From Escherichia coli O127:H6 str. E2348/69 (GTDB taxonomy: Bacteria > Pseudomonadota > Gammaproteobacteria > Enterobacterales > Enterobacteriaceae), in assembly GCF_000026545.1 (NCBI RefSeq), contig NC_011601.1: a DNA stretch of 64,000 nucleotides; one strand, given 5' to 3'. Positions 1 through 12,255 of the stretch are shown piece after piece. The position numbers and the translations under genes were made by a program. The number at the start of each line of letters is the position of its first letter. The first letter of the stretch is position 1. Under the pieces are notes generated by a model. The model was given only the letters and a program-made list of their open reading frames with translations, ran no database searches and had not been told where the DNA came from.

Positions 1-1
1 T

Positions 2-163
2 GGCAAGAAAGAGAAGAAATTTGTCACCGCGTATCTGGGCGATGCTGGAATGCTGCGTTACAACAGCAAGCTGCCGATCGTGGTGTATACGCCAGACAAT
101 GTGGATGTGAAGTACCGTGTCTGGAAGGCGGAAGAGAAAATTGACAACGCGGTTGTTCGCTAA
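2..163 (+). CDS. eco: ecotin (periplasmic serine protease inhibitor), 3' fragment cut by window start
   Basis: In-frame translation ends ...[16 protein letters not shown] with TAA at 161-163, matching the remembered ecotin C-terminus; no start codon in window. Confidence 0.8.
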
Positions 164-185
164 ACTGCTGTGAAGTGCTGCAACC

Positions 186-300
186 TGTAGGCCGAATAAG
201 GCGGTTACGCCGCATCCGACATCTAACGCCCGAGCCGGTTGCCTGATGCGACGCTGAAGCGTCTTATCAGCATACGCCACATCCGGCAAACCATGCCGGA
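186..300. repeat. REP/BIME-type palindromic extragenic repeats
   Basis: GC-rich imperfect palindromes (gccgcatccg... / gcctgatgcgacgct...gcgtcttatcag) between convergent eco and mqo. Confidence 0.6.
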
Positions 301-312
301 TGTGGCACATCA

Positions 313-1971
<1,659 letters not shown>

Positions 1972-2176
1972 TTACTTTTAGTCGCTTTATTGCAGGTGAG
2001 ATTTGCGCGGCATCAACGGTAACACTTAAGCAACAATATTTAAATAATGTTTATAAATTATATTCTAATTTTAGAAACATTATAATTTCGTTGATTAATT
2101 ATAGGGTTATTAGAAACGAAGGTATTTTTAGAATATTGACCTGGCGGCAGCAGTCCGCCAGGTCAGCGTCGTAATA

Positions 2177-3820
2177 TTATGCCGTCCGGGCAACGGCATC
2201 ACGCGAAGCAGCATCGCGCTCTTCGCCTGTCAGCTCGCTAAGTTGCCCGTTGCGCATTTCCAGCAGGCGGTCGGCGTGGATAAAGTAATGATCATCATGA
2301 CTGATGGCGAAAATAGTTTTACCCATCTCCTGCATCAGCGGCAGCAGCACCTGATAAAACTCACGACGGAAGTGTGGATCCTGATCCGCCGCCCATTCAT
2401 CCAGCAGGATAATATCGCGTTCTTCTGCCAGCGCCAGCAACAGCGCCACGCGTTTTTTCTGCCCTTTTGATAACTTCAGGTTAACAATACGCCCGTTGCT
2501 TAACTCAAGCTTATGAGCCATTTTCAGCTGAACCAGCCACTTCTCAACCAGTTGCGGGTTAGCGGGTTGCCCCTCCGGCCCCAGCAGTTGATCAAACAGC
2601 CAGACATCGGTAAACACTGCCGAAAACAGTTTTCGATAATCTTCCGGTTGTTCGCCGCTGACAGGTTTGCCATCCAGCAAGATTTCGCCATTTTGTGGCT
2701 GGTACAAGCCCGTCAGCAACATCGCCAGCGTCGATTTTCCACTACCGTTGCCACCAATCAGAAACAGCAGCTCGCCACGTTTAATGGTGAGGTTAATCGG
2801 CCCAACGGAAAACGCGTTATCCTGATAGCTAAACGTCACGTTACGCAGCTCCAGCGTTTGCCAGTTGGGAAACGCCTGCGGGCGTGGAAACTCTGCTTTG
2901 AAAGGTGCGAGCGCGAATTTGTTCAGCTTGTTAAACGCCACCTGCGCCGTCAGCAGCGTCGGTAATGCGCCAACCGCCGAAAGCAGCGGCGTACGCAGGA
3001 ATAACAGCGTCAACGAATAGGTCGCGGCAACGTTGGTATCAGCCCAACCGAGACTGTTCGCCATCCAGAACACCAGGCCGATTGCGCCCAGCATCATGAT
3101 GTTTGACCAGTTCACGGCACTAAGATGGAAGGTGTCTGCGCGGATAATATGATGGCGATACTCTTGTGCATCAGGAATGTAGAGGTTGTTAAACACATAC
3201 TCGGCGCGTTCACGGTTCAGAGTCAGCTCTTTGCGCCCTTCGAGTACGGTTTGAAAATCCGTGTACAGCTTATCTTCGGTTTCACGCAGGGTCGCCATAT
3301 GTTTGTACACCCGCGCCACCAGTATAAAACCACCCCAGATGGTGACTGCCATCCAGATAGCCGTTACCAGCAACATTTTGCCCGACAGCATCCACAAATA
3401 CGCCGCTGAACCGATAGTGAGAATGATCCCCTGCACCAGTTCCGGCAGACGCACAAAAGCAATGGTGATATTGCGCACATCGCTGGTTAACCCCGCCAGC
3501 AACGAGGCGCTACCAAGTTGTTCAATGCGCTCGACATGGGTATCCAGAATCCGCTTGATAAATTCACTACGCAGTCGGTAAACGAAGTGATGCCCCAAAG
3601 TGGTGAGCGCCAGTTGCGATCCGAGAGTGACTGCCATCAACAGCAGCAATAATCCCAGAAACTCCGGCAACACCAGCAGACTGGTATCCGCCGTTTCGAT
3701 AAGGCGCTGATTGATAAAAGCAATTAAGCCAATGCCTAATACCGCACTGGCGAGGCTTAGCGCCATCACACTGATAAATGGCCAGCGATACTGCCGCCAG
3801 ACAAGTACAAGAAGTTCCAT
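2177..3820 (-). CDS. yojI: ABC transporter, fused permease/ATPase (microcin J25 efflux type)
   Basis: 547 aa ORF; N-terminal TM region then Walker [10 protein letters not shown] and ABC signature LSKGQKKR. Confidence 0.9.
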   Translation of the reverse strand: MELLVLVWRQYRWPFISVMALSLASAVLGIGLIAFINQRLIETADTSLLVLPEFLGLLLLLMAVTLGSQLALTTLGHHFVYRLRSEFIKRILDTHVERIEQLGSASLLAGLTSDVRNITIAFVRLPELVQGIILTIGSAAYLWMLSGKMLLVTAIWMAVTIWGGFILVARVYKHMATLRETEDKLYTDFQTVLEGRKELTLNRERAEYVFNNLYIPDAQEYRHHIIRADTFHLSAVNWSNIMMLGAIGLVFWMANSLGWADTNVAATYSLTLLFLRTPLLSAVGALPTLLTAQVAFNKLNKFALAPFKAEFPRPQAFPNWQTLELRNVTFSYQDNAFSVGPINLTIKRGELLFLIGGNGSGKSTLAMLLTGLYQPQNGEILLDGKPVSGEQPEDYRKLFSAVFTDVWLFDQLLGPEGQPANPQLVEKWLVQLKMAHKLELSNGRIVNLKLSKGQKKRVALLLALAEERDIILLDEWAADQDPHFRREFYQVLLPLMQEMGKTIFAISHDDHYFIHADRLLEMRNGQLSELTGEERDAASRDAVARTA

Positions 3821-3895
3821 GCAGAAAACCCGGACAATGAATTACAGCCCGCAGTTTAAACATCTTCGTGCGCACAGCAATAATAATTCTTATTT

Positions 3896-4546
3896 TTATT
3901 CTTTTTTACCTGCCTGACGGAATGTCAGGTTGTAGCGGCAGTCGGTGGTGAGTGGATGAACCCCCACTTTCAACGGTTGAATGCCATGATAAAACAGCCG
4001 CGACTCACCACCCCATACCACCACATCGCCATGTTCCAACAACAAACGTTTGAGCGGATCATTTCGTTTCAGGCCGCCAAATTGAAAAATCGCGGGTAAG
4101 CCCAGAGAAACAGAAACAATTGGCGCGCGCAGATCCGGTTCGTCTTTATCCTGATGCAGCGACAGTTTCGCGCCAGGAACGTAGCGGTTGATCAAACAGG
4201 CATCTGGCTGGAAATCTGGATAGCCCGCCGCCGTAGCCGCACGTTGACATAAATGATGAAAACTCTGCGGCATGGCGGGCCACGGTTTATTTGTTTGCGG
4301 ATCAATGGGCGAATAGAGATAACCTTGCCGATGGGTCGTCCAGCCCAAATGCCCACTGTTGGTCATCGCCACCGACATGGTATATCCGCCTGGAGTGACC
4401 ATCTGGCGAAACGGCGACTGGCTGGCAACGTCATTAATATCGCGGATCAGTTGCTCCGCAGCGTTAAAAGCAAAACGGTGCAAAATCACCGCTCCAGCCG
4501 CCAGTGGTTCTTGCCACGGTTCAGCATCGGCAAACAGATCCAACAT
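3896..4546 (-). CDS. alkB: alpha-ketoglutarate/Fe(II)-dependent DNA/RNA alkylation repair dioxygenase
   Basis: 216 aa ORF; start ATG overlaps ada stop (TAATG); classic ada-alkB operon arrangement. Confidence 0.93.
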   Translation of the reverse strand: MLDLFADAEPWQEPLAAGAVILHRFAFNAAEQLIRDINDVASQSPFRQMVTPGGYTMSVAMTNSGHLGWTTHRQGYLYSPIDPQTNKPWPAMPQSFHHLCQRAATAAGYPDFQPDACLINRYVPGAKLSLHQDKDEPDLRAPIVSVSLGLPAIFQFGGLKRNDPLKRLLLEHGDVVVWGGESRLFYHGIQPLKVGVHPLTTDCRYNLTFRQAGKKE

Positions 4547-5610
4547 TACCTTTCCTCATTTTCAGCTTCGCGGCGCAGCAGTTGCGCTTTGCGCGACACG
4601 CCCCAGCGGTAACCGGAAAGTGTGCCATCACCACGGACCACCCGATGACAGGGTATTACGATAGCGAGCTTGTTGGCGGCACAGGCGCTGGCAACGGCCC
4701 GTACCGCTTTCGGTTTGCCGATGGCATTAGCCAGTTGCTGATAACTGACGGTTTCACCGCAAGGTATCGTGCGCAGTGCCTGCCAGACTTGTTGCTGAAA
4801 AGCAGTGCCGCGAATGTCCAGCGGTAACGTCAGCGGCGTATCGCGTTGATTGAGGCTGGCGATCACTTCACGCACATGTTGCTGAAACGTCAGATCGGCA
4901 GGCGCGCTGTCGGCAGCGGGAAACATCTGCTGTAACTCGCTGATTAGTGTCGCGTCATCATCGCCCAGTAATATCGCGCAAATCCCCCGCTCACTTTCTG
5001 CCACCAGGCAACGGCCCAGCTCACAATCAGCCAGCGCGTAACGCACCGCCAGATTTTTGCCACCGTGACGGAATTGTTTAGCCGTCATGCCCAGCGTTTC
5101 GTCGGCTTTGCGGTAGTAACTGCTGCTGTCGGGGAATCCGGCGTTAAGAATAGATGTAGTCACGCTCTCCCCTTTCGCCAACAATTCGCGCAAACGGCGA
5201 GCGCGCCAGGCCTGTTGCCAGGCTTTAGGCGTCATTCCGGTAGTCGCTTTAAACAACCGATGCAAATGAAATGGACTCATCGCCACCTGATCGGCTAAGG
5301 CTTCCAGCGTTACAGGCGTTTCCTGTTCCAGAAGTCGGCAGGCGTGGGTAATTTTATCAAGGCGATGTTGCCGGGGATTGGCTTTGTCTGGCTGACAACG
5401 TTTGCAGGGACGAAAGCCAGCGGCAAGCGCCTCGCTGGCATTTGCGTAGAAGGAGACATTTTCCCGCAAGGCATGTCTGGCTCGGCAAGACGGACGGCAA
5501 AAGATACCCGTGGTGCGCACGGCGAAAACGAATTCGCCGTCGGCATTCGGGTCGCGGGCTAAGACAGATTGCCAGCGTTGATCGTCAGTTAAGCATGTGG
5601 CGTATTTCAT
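4546..5610 (-). CDS. ada: bifunctional transcriptional activator / O6-methylguanine-DNA methyltransferase Ada
   Basis: 354 aa ORF; N-terminal Cys cluster (FCRPSCRAR...PCKRC), AraC-type HTH, C-terminal methyltransferase motif IPCHRVV. Confidence 0.93.
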   Translation of the reverse strand: MKYATCLTDDQRWQSVLARDPNADGEFVFAVRTTGIFCRPSCRARHALRENVSFYANASEALAAGFRPCKRCQPDKANPRQHRLDKITHACRLLEQETPVTLEALADQVAMSPFHLHRLFKATTGMTPKAWQQAWRARRLRELLAKGESVTTSILNAGFPDSSSYYRKADETLGMTAKQFRHGGKNLAVRYALADCELGRCLVAESERGICAILLGDDDATLISELQQMFPAADSAPADLTFQQHVREVIASLNQRDTPLTLPLDIRGTAFQQQVWQALRTIPCGETVSYQQLANAIGKPKAVRAVASACAANKLAIVIPCHRVVRGDGTLSGYRWGVSRKAQLLRREAENEER

Positions 5611-5677
5611 AATCAGCTCCCTGGTTAAGGATAGCCTTTAGTCTGCCCGGTCACCATCGCACAAAAACCAACAATCT

Positions 5678-5694
5678 TGCGCTTTAATTTTTTT
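5678..5694 (-). promoter_or_regulatory. Ada box (AAANNAAAGCGCA) of the ada promoter
   Basis: Minus-strand reading aaaaaaattaaagcgcaagattgttgg about 70 nt upstream of the ada ATG; overlaps the last codons of apbE. Confidence 0.6.
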
Positions 5695-6739
5695 CGCTGA
5701 TAAGGAAGCTTTTAAACTGCGGCGACATCCAGGCTTTAAAATTATCGCCCTCTTTGGTGATCATGTAGACCGCCAGTCCTTCCCGGCGAACAACCTCTTT
5801 GGCTTTCTCCGGCCCCAGTACCATTAAGCCAGTATCCCAGGCATCGGCTTCCAGCGCCGTCGGGGCAATCACCGTCACGGATACCAGATTGTGTTCGATA
5901 GGACGCCCGGTTTGCGGATCGATAACATGAGAAAGACGTTTGCCGTCCAGTTCGTAATAGTTACGGTAGCTGCCAGAGGTACTAATCCCATGACCGTTGA
6001 TATCCACCACGGCCTGAACCGCGTTTTCTTTATCGGTTGGTTTTTGAATCGCTACCCGCCACGGCTGGCCTGCACCGTTCATACCACGGCTGTTCAGCGC
6101 GCCGCCCACCGACACCAGATAGCGGGAAATCCCTTCCTGCTCCATCAAGCGTGCCAGGTGATCCGCCGCATAACCTTCGCCGACGGTAGAGAGATCGACA
6201 TATAAATCTGGCAGGTCTTTTTGCAGGTATTGCTGATGCGACTGATTAATGACCGTCAGGTGCTGTAAGCCGGTTTTGGCTTTCATCGCATCGATCTGTT
6301 CCTGGCTCGGAATTTGAACCGGCTGTTGTTCCGGGCCAAAACCCCACAGATTCACCAGCGGCCCGACGGTTATATCCATCGCGCCATCGGTCTTCGCGCC
6401 AATGCGCAGCGAGGTAGTGACGATATCGGCCATCGCTTCACTTACCGGCCACGGCGACAAACTTTGCGAGTCGTTAAAGCGCATCAGCACGGAATCTTTT
6501 TTATAGGTCGAAAGCAGCTGATCGTCAGCGTCCAGCTGGGTCTGAATCTTTTCTTTAAGTTCGGCACTGCGTTTGGCGTCAATGCCCGGGATGCTGGCAC
6601 GCCAGAAGGTACCCATGGTTTTGCCTTCAAGAACGGTAACTTCAGTAGCGTGGGTTTTGGCGGGTTGTGGTTGTTGATCGCAACCAACAAAGAAGAGCGC
6701 GGCAGCCAGCAGTGCCACGCGGGTAAAGCTTATTTCCAT
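5684..6739 (-). CDS. apbE: FAD:protein FMN transferase (flavin transferase lipoprotein)
   Basis: 351 aa ORF; N-terminal lipoprotein signal (LFFVGC); position between ada and ompC. Confidence 0.88.
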   Translation of the reverse strand: MEISFTRVALLAAALFFVGCDQQPQPAKTHATEVTVLEGKTMGTFWRASIPGIDAKRSAELKEKIQTQLDADDQLLSTYKKDSVLMRFNDSQSLSPWPVSEAMADIVTTSLRIGAKTDGAMDITVGPLVNLWGFGPEQQPVQIPSQEQIDAMKAKTGLQHLTVINQSHQQYLQKDLPDLYVDLSTVGEGYAADHLARLMEQEGISRYLVSVGGALNSRGMNGAGQPWRVAIQKPTDKENAVQAVVDINGHGISTSGSYRNYYELDGKRLSHVIDPQTGRPIEHNLVSVTVIAPTALEADAWDTGLMVLGPEKAKEVVRREGLAVYMITKEGDNFKAWMSPQFKSFLISEKN

Positions 6740-6810
6740 ACGTGATTATCCTCATGCGAACGGTCGCAAGAGTACACCAAAAAACTGTGTTTGTACGCTG
6801 AAAACAATGA

Positions 6811-6835
6811 AAAAAGGGCCCGCAGGCCCCTTGTT
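6811..6835 (-). terminator. intrinsic terminator downstream of ompC
   Basis: Minus-strand hairpin gggcc-tgcg-ggccc followed by a T5 run, about 20 nt after the ompC stop. Confidence 0.65.
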
Positions 6836-6850
6836 CGATATCAATCGAGA

Positions 6851-7966
6851 TTAGAACTGGTAAACCAGGCCCAGAGCTACGATGTCATCGGTGTTGATGC
6901 CAGCAGCGCGAGTGAACTGGTTGTCGTCCAGCAGGTTGATTTTGTAGTCAACGTAGGTGGACATGTTTTTGTTGAAGTAGTAGGTCGCACCAACATCAAC
7001 ATATTTCAGCAGATCTTCGTCGTCGTAAGTACGACCAGCGATGTTGGCATTCAGGTTTTTACCTTTGGACTGCAGGTAAGCTACAGAAGGACGCAGACCG
7101 AAGTCGAACTGGTACTGTGCAACCACTTCAAAGTTCTGAGCTTTGTTCGCCCAACCTAAATCACCAGCCAGAGTTGCGTTGTAAGTCTGGGTGTACTGAG
7201 CAGCCAGGTATACATTGTTAGCGTCGTATTTCAGACCACCAGTGTAGGTTTCTGCACGATCGCCGTTACCGATGCCATAATTGTTCTGCTCTGCGGTACG
7301 TTTGGAGCTGGAGATTGCACCACCGAAGCTGAAGCCTTCACCGATGTCATAAGTGATAGAACCACCAACGCCGTCACCGTTCTGTTCCAGAACATCACGA
7401 CCATTGTTGGTCACACCAGTCATACCTTCGCCAGACGGGCTACCGTTTTTACCCTGGTACTGAACAGCAAAGTTCAGACCGTCAACCAGACCGAAGAAGT
7501 CGGTGTTACGGTAGGTCGCGAAACCGTTACCACGCTGCTGCATGAAGTTATCAGAATCGTAGGTATCACCACCGAATTCTGGCAGTACGTCGGTCCAAGA
7601 AGTAACATCGTAAACAACGCCGTAGTTACGACCATAGTCAAAAGAACCAACGTCCTGGAATTTCAGACCAGCGAATGCCACACGGGTCCAGGAACTATTG
7701 TCACTTTCAGGTTCGTTACCTTGAATCTGATATTCCCACTGACCATAACCGGTCAGTTGATCAGTAACCTGAGTTTCACCTTTGAAGCCAAGACGCATGT
7801 AGGTCTTGTCGCCATCTTTAGAGTCGTTATCGGAGAAATAGTGCAGGCCGTCAACTTTACCGTACAGATCTAATTTGTTGCCGTCTTTGTTGTAAATTTC
7901 AGCAGCGTTTGCTGCGCCTGCTACCAGCAGAGCTGGGACCAGGAGGGACAGTACTTTAACTTTCAT
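6851..7966 (-). CDS. ompC: outer membrane porin OmpC (variant allele)
   Basis: 371 aa ORF; signal peptide ...AGAANA, porin N-terminus [24 protein letters not shown]-terminal LVYQF; downstream half differs from the K-12 allele as remembered. Confidence 0.93.
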   Translation of the reverse strand: MKVKVLSLLVPALLVAGAANAAEIYNKDGNKLDLYGKVDGLHYFSDNDSKDGDKTYMRLGFKGETQVTDQLTGYGQWEYQIQGNEPESDNSSWTRVAFAGLKFQDVGSFDYGRNYGVVYDVTSWTDVLPEFGGDTYDSDNFMQQRGNGFATYRNTDFFGLVDGLNFAVQYQGKNGSPSGEGMTGVTNNGRDVLEQNGDGVGGSITYDIGEGFSFGGAISSSKRTAEQNNYGIGNGDRAETYTGGLKYDANNVYLAAQYTQTYNATLAGDLGWANKAQNFEVVAQYQFDFGLRPSVAYLQSKGKNLNANIAGRTYDDEDLLKYVDVGATYYFNKNMSTYVDYKINLLDDNQFTRAAGINTDDIVALGLVYQF

Positions 7967-8089
7967 GTTATTAACCCTCTGTTATATGCCTTTATTTGCT
8001 TTTTTATGCCACTGCATACTGATTAACCCTCATTAATCAGTCGGCAAGTCCATTCTCCCCAAAAATGCAGAATAATCCAACACGAATAT

Positions 8090-8150
8090 GATACTAAAAC
8101 TTTTAAGATGTTTCATTTATCGCTATAGATGTTTCAAAATGTAAATATAA
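8090..8150 (-). promoter_or_regulatory. ompC promoter OmpR-binding sites
   Basis: Minus-strand reads tttacattttgaaacatctatagcgataaatgaaacatcttaaaa, the remembered OmpR site array upstream of ompC. Confidence 0.65.
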
Positions 8151-8300
8151 GGGAACTTTTTAAGATTATTGCGGAATGGCGAAATAAGCACCTAACATCA
8201 AGCAATAATAATTCAAGGTTAAAATCAATAACTTATTCTTAAGTATTTGACAGCACTGAATGTCAAAACAAAACCTTCACTCGCAACTAGAATATCTCCC

Positions 8301-8393
8301 GCTATCATCATTAACTTTATTTATTACCGTCATTCATTTCTGAATGTCTGTTTACCCCTATTTCAACCGGATGCCTCGCATCCGGTTTTTTTT
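8301..8393 (+). ncRNA. micF: MicF antisense sRNA (represses ompF)
   Basis: gctatcatcattaactttatttattaccgtcattcatttctgaatgtctgtttacccctatttcaaccggatgcctcgcatccggttttttt matches remembered micF, including its own terminator hairpin and T-run; divergent from ompC. Confidence 0.9.
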
Positions 8394-8704
8394 ACCCTTC
8401 TTTACACACTTTTCATTATTCTGTGCTACCACAGAAAAACTATAACGCTTGTTAACTATTTCACAAATAATTAACATCAGCATAATTTCCAGCAATCTTC
8501 GTTTATTTGCAATTAATTTCATTGGGCTTTTTGTAGGTTATTTGTACAGCAAAATGGCGCTTGTACATCTATTTCCCCCAATGCAGGATGATAAATATCA
8601 CGGGAGAATAGAAAATCATCAATCAGGTAAGAGTCTGGAATTTCACACTGTACCCTTTATACTGCCCTATCACTTCGCGAAGTTTTAACAGGTCATAAAC
8701 ACGA

Positions 8705-11377
8705 ATGCGTCAGAAAGAGACAACGGCCACGACCCGCTTTTCACTCCTACCGGGGAGCATTACCCGCTTCTTTTTACTGTTGATCATTGTGTTACTGGTG
8801 ACGATGGGGGTAATGATACAAAGTGCCGTTAACGCCTGGCTGAAAGATAAAAGTTACCAGATTGTCGACATTACCCACGCAATCCAAAAGCGCGTCGATA
8901 CCTGGCGTTACGTGACCTGGCAGATCTACGACAACATTGCCGCGACGACCTCCCCCTCCTCCGGCGAAGGTTTACAAGAGACGCGCCTGAAACAGGATGT
9001 CTACTATCTGGAGAAACCACGCCGCAAAACGGAAGCGTTAATCTTTGGCTCTCACGACAACTCAACGCTTGAGATGACTCAACGGATGTCCACCTATCTG
9101 GACACATTGTGGGGCGCAGAAAATGTACCGTGGTCGATGTATTACCTGAATGGTCAGGATAACAGTCTGGTGCTGATCTCAACCCTGCCCCTCAAAGATC
9201 TCACCTCCGGATTTAAAGAATCGACCGTCAGCGACATTGTTGATTCACGTCGTGCAGAGATGTTGCAACAGGCCAACGCCCTCGATGAACGCGAAAGCTT
9301 TTCTAACATGCGCCGCCTGGCCTGGCAGAACGGTCATTACTTTACCTTGCGTACCACCTTTAACCAGCCGGGACATCTGGCAACGGTTGTGGCTTTTGAT
9401 CTGCCGATTAATGATTTGATCCCACCGGGTATGCCGCTGGACAGTTTCCGCCTTGAGCCAGACGCGACGGCAACGGGAAACAATGAAAATGAGAAAGAAG
9501 GGACGGATAGCGTCAGTATCCACTTTAACAGTACGAAGATTGAAATCTCCTCGGCACTCAACTCTACCGATATGCGCCTGGTCTGGCAGGTTCCTTACGG
9601 CACCTTACTGCTGGATACGTTGCAAAACATTCTGCTGCCACTGCTGCTGAACATCGGTTTGCTGGCGCTGGCGTTATTTGGCTATACCACATTCCGCCAT
9701 TTCTCCAGCCGCAGTACAGAAAGCGTCCCCAGCACGGCGGTCAATAACGAATTGCGCATTTTACGGGCAATTAATGAAGAGATAGTCTCACTGCTGCCGC
9801 TCGGCCTGCTGGTTCACGATCAGGAATCGAACCGCACAGTCATAAGTAACAAAATTGCCGATCATTTGCTGCCGCATTTGAATCTGCAAAACATCACCAC
9901 CATGGCGGAACAGCATCAGGGGATTATTCAGGCGACGATCAATAACGAGCTGTATGAGATCCGCATGTTCCGCAGCCAGGTTGCGCCGCGCACACAAATT
10001 TTCATTATTCGCGATCAGGATCGCGAAGTGCTGGTAAACAAGAAACTCAAGCAGGCGCAGCGTCTGTATGAGAAAAACCAGCAGGGGCGGATGACCTTTA
10101 TGAAAAACATTGGCGATGCGCTGAAAGAACCCGCACAGTCCCTGGCGGAGAGCGCGGCTAAACTCAACGCCCCGGAAGGCAAACAACTGGCGAATCAGGC
10201 AGATGTGCTGGTGCGGCTGGTCGATGAAATACAGTTAGCGAACATGCTTGCGGACGATAGCTGGAAAAGTGAGACGGAGCTGTTCTCCGTGCAGGATTTA
10301 ATTGATGAAGTTGTGCCTTCAGTGTTGCCTGCCATCAAGCGTAAAGGTCTGCAACTGCTGATTAACAATCATCTGAAAGCACACGACATGCGCCGCGGCG
10401 ATCGCGATGCCTTACGACGTATTTTGCTGTTACTGATGCAATATGCCGTGACCTCAACGCAATTGGGAAAAATCACCCTTGAGGTTGATCAGGATGAGTC
10501 CTCCGAAGACCGCCTGACGTTCCGTATTCTGGACACTGGAGAAGGCGTAAGCATTCATGAAATGGATAATTTGCACTTCCCGTTTATCAACCAGACCCAA
10601 AACGATCGCTATGGCAAGGCGGACCCGCTGGCATTCTGGCTGAGCGATCAACTGGCACGTAAACTGGGCGGTCATTTAAACATCAAAACGCGGGATGGGC
10701 TTGGTACTCGCTACTCTGTGCATATCAAAATGCTCGCAGCTGACCCGGAAGTTGAAGAGGAAGAAGAGCGTTTACTGGATGATGTCTGCGTAATGGTGGA
10801 TGTTACTTCGGCAGAAATTCGGAATATTGTCACTCGCCAGTTAGAAAATTGGGGTGCAACCTGTATCACACCCGATGAAAGATTAATTAGTCAAGATTAT
10901 GATATCTTTTTAACGGATAATCCGTCTAATCTTACTGCCTCTGGCTTGCTTTTAAGCGATGATGAGTCTGGCGTACGGGAAATTGGGCCTGGTCAATTGT
11001 GCGTCAACTTCAATATGAGCAACGCTATGCAGGAAGCGGTCTTACAATTAATTGAAGTGCAACTGGCGCAGGAAGAGGTGACAGAATCGCCTCTGGGCGG
11101 AGATGAAAATGCGCAACTCCATGCCAGCGGCTATTATGCGCTCTTTGTAGACACAGTACCGGATGATGTTAAGAGGCTGTATACTGAAGCAGCAACCAGT
11201 GACTTTGCTGCGTTAGCCCAAACGGCTCATCGTCTTAAAGGCGTATTTGCCATGCTAAATCTGGTACCCGGCAAGCAGTTATGTGAAACGCTGGAACATC
11301 TGATTCGTGAGAAGGATGTTCCAGGAATAGAAAAATACATCAGCGACATTGACAGTTATGTCAAGAGCTTGCTGTAG
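8705..11377 (+). CDS. rcsD: Rcs phosphorelay phosphotransfer protein RcsD
   Basis: 890 aa ORF with N-terminal TM segments and C-terminal HPt-like region; immediately upstream of rcsB. Confidence 0.92.
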   Translation: MRQKETTATTRFSLLPGSITRFFLLLIIVLLVTMGVMIQSAVNAWLKDKSYQIVDITHAIQKRVDTWRYVTWQIYDNIAATTSPSSGEGLQETRLKQDVYYLEKPRRKTEALIFGSHDNSTLEMTQRMSTYLDTLWGAENVPWSMYYLNGQDNSLVLISTLPLKDLTSGFKESTVSDIVDSRRAEMLQQANALDERESFSNMRRLAWQNGHYFTLRTTFNQPGHLATVVAFDLPINDLIPPGMPLDSFRLEPDATATGNNENEKEGTDSVSIHFNSTKIEISSALNSTDMRLVWQVPYGTLLLDTLQNILLPLLLNIGLLALALFGYTTFRHFSSRSTESVPSTAVNNELRILRAINEEIVSLLPLGLLVHDQESNRTVISNKIADHLLPHLNLQNITTMAEQHQGIIQATINNELYEIRMFRSQVAPRTQIFIIRDQDREVLVNKKLKQAQRLYEKNQQGRMTFMKNIGDALKEPAQSLAESAAKLNAPEGKQLANQADVLVRLVDEIQLANMLADDSWKSETELFSVQDLIDEVVPSVLPAIKRKGLQLLINNHLKAHDMRRGDRDALRRILLLLMQYAVTSTQLGKITLEVDQDESSEDRLTFRILDTGEGVSIHEMDNLHFPFINQTQNDRYGKADPLAFWLSDQLARKLGGHLNIKTRDGLGTRYSVHIKMLAADPEVEEEEERLLDDVCVMVDVTSAEIRNIVTRQLENWGATCITPDERLISQDYDIFLTDNPSNLTASGLLLSDDESGVREIGPGQLCVNFNMSNAMQEAVLQLIEVQLAQEEVTESPLGGDENAQLHASGYYALFVDTVPDDVKRLYTEAATSDFAALAQTAHRLKGVFAMLNLVPGKQLCETLEHLIREKDVPGIEKYISDIDSYVKSLL

Positions 11378-11393
11378 CAAGGTAGCCTATTAC

Positions 11394-12044
11394 ATGAACA
11401 ATATGAACGTAATTATTGCCGATGACCATCCGATAGTCTTGTTCGGTATTCGCAAATCACTTGAGCAAATTGAGTGGGTGAATGTTGTCGGCGAATTTGA
11501 AGACTCTACAGCACTGATCAACAACTTGCCGAAACTGGATGCACATGTGTTGATTACCGATCTCTCCATGCCTGGCGATAAGTACGGCGATGGCATTACC
11601 TTAATCAAGTACATCAAGCGCCATTTCCCAAGCCTGTCGATCATTGTTCTGACCATGAACAACAACCCGGCGATTCTTAGTGCGGTATTGGATCTGGATA
11701 TCGAAGGGATCGTGCTGAAACAAGGTGCACCGACCGATTTGCCGAAGGCTCTCGCCGCGCTGCAGAAAGGGAAGAAATTTACCCCGGAAAGCGTTTCTCG
11801 CCTGTTGGAAAAAATCAGTGCTGGTGGTTACGGTGACAAGCGTCTCTCGCCAAAAGAGAGTGAAGTTCTGCGCCTGTTTGCGGAAGGCTTCCTGGTGACC
11901 GAGATCGCTAAAAAGCTGAACCGCAGTATTAAAACCATCAGTAGCCAGAAGAAATCTGCGATGATGAAGCTGGGTGTCGAGAACGATATCGCCCTGCTGA
12001 ATTATCTCTCTTCAGTGACGTTAAGTCCGGCAGATAAAGACTAA
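11394..12044 (+). CDS. rcsB: response regulator RcsB (LuxR/FixJ family)
   Basis: ATG at 11394 gives 216 aa MNNMNVIIADDHPIVLFG...; the ORF-track start at 11349 is an upstream TTG; receiver domain plus C-terminal HTH. Confidence 0.93.
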   Translation: MNNMNVIIADDHPIVLFGIRKSLEQIEWVNVVGEFEDSTALINNLPKLDAHVLITDLSMPGDKYGDGITLIKYIKRHFPSLSIIVLTMNNNPAILSAVLDLDIEGIVLKQGAPTDLPKALAALQKGKKFTPESVSRLLEKISAGGYGDKRLSPKESEVLRLFAEGFLVTEIAKKLNRSIKTISSQKKSAMMKLGVENDIALLNYLSSVTLSPADKD

Positions 12045-12050
12045 TCACCT

Positions 12051-12255
12051 GTAGGCCAGATAAGACGCGTTAGTGTCTTATCTGGCATTTGCACCGATTG
12101 CCGGATGCGGCGTAAACGCCTTATCCGTCCTACGATTCCCATTATTTCAACAGATTACATTAAAGTAGGCCAGATAAGACGCGTCAGCGTCGCATCTGGC
12201 ATTTGCACTGAATGCCGGATGCGGCGTAAACGCCTTATCCGTCCTACGATTCCCG
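12051..12255. repeat. REP/BIME cluster: two direct copies of a ~90 bp REP-containing unit
   Basis: gtaggccagataagacgcg...ggatgcggcgtaaacgccttatccgtcctacgattccc occurs at 12051-12140 and again at 12165-12254; the second copy overlaps the rcsC stop codon. Confidence 0.7.

Noticed and set aside
24..215. 63 aa ORF on the - strand
   Set aside because: Antisense to the ecotin 3' end and running into the REP cluster.
8247..8688. Two 75-79 aa ORFs in the ompC-rcsD intergenic region
   Set aside because: AT-rich promoter DNA; the first overlaps micF and the OmpR site array; no SD; composition not protein-like.
12051..12255. Possible CRISPR array (repeated GC-rich palindromic units here and at 42382-42538)
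   Set aside because: Units are REP/BIME sequences with imperfect copies, no regular repeat-spacer periodicity and no cas genes nearby.
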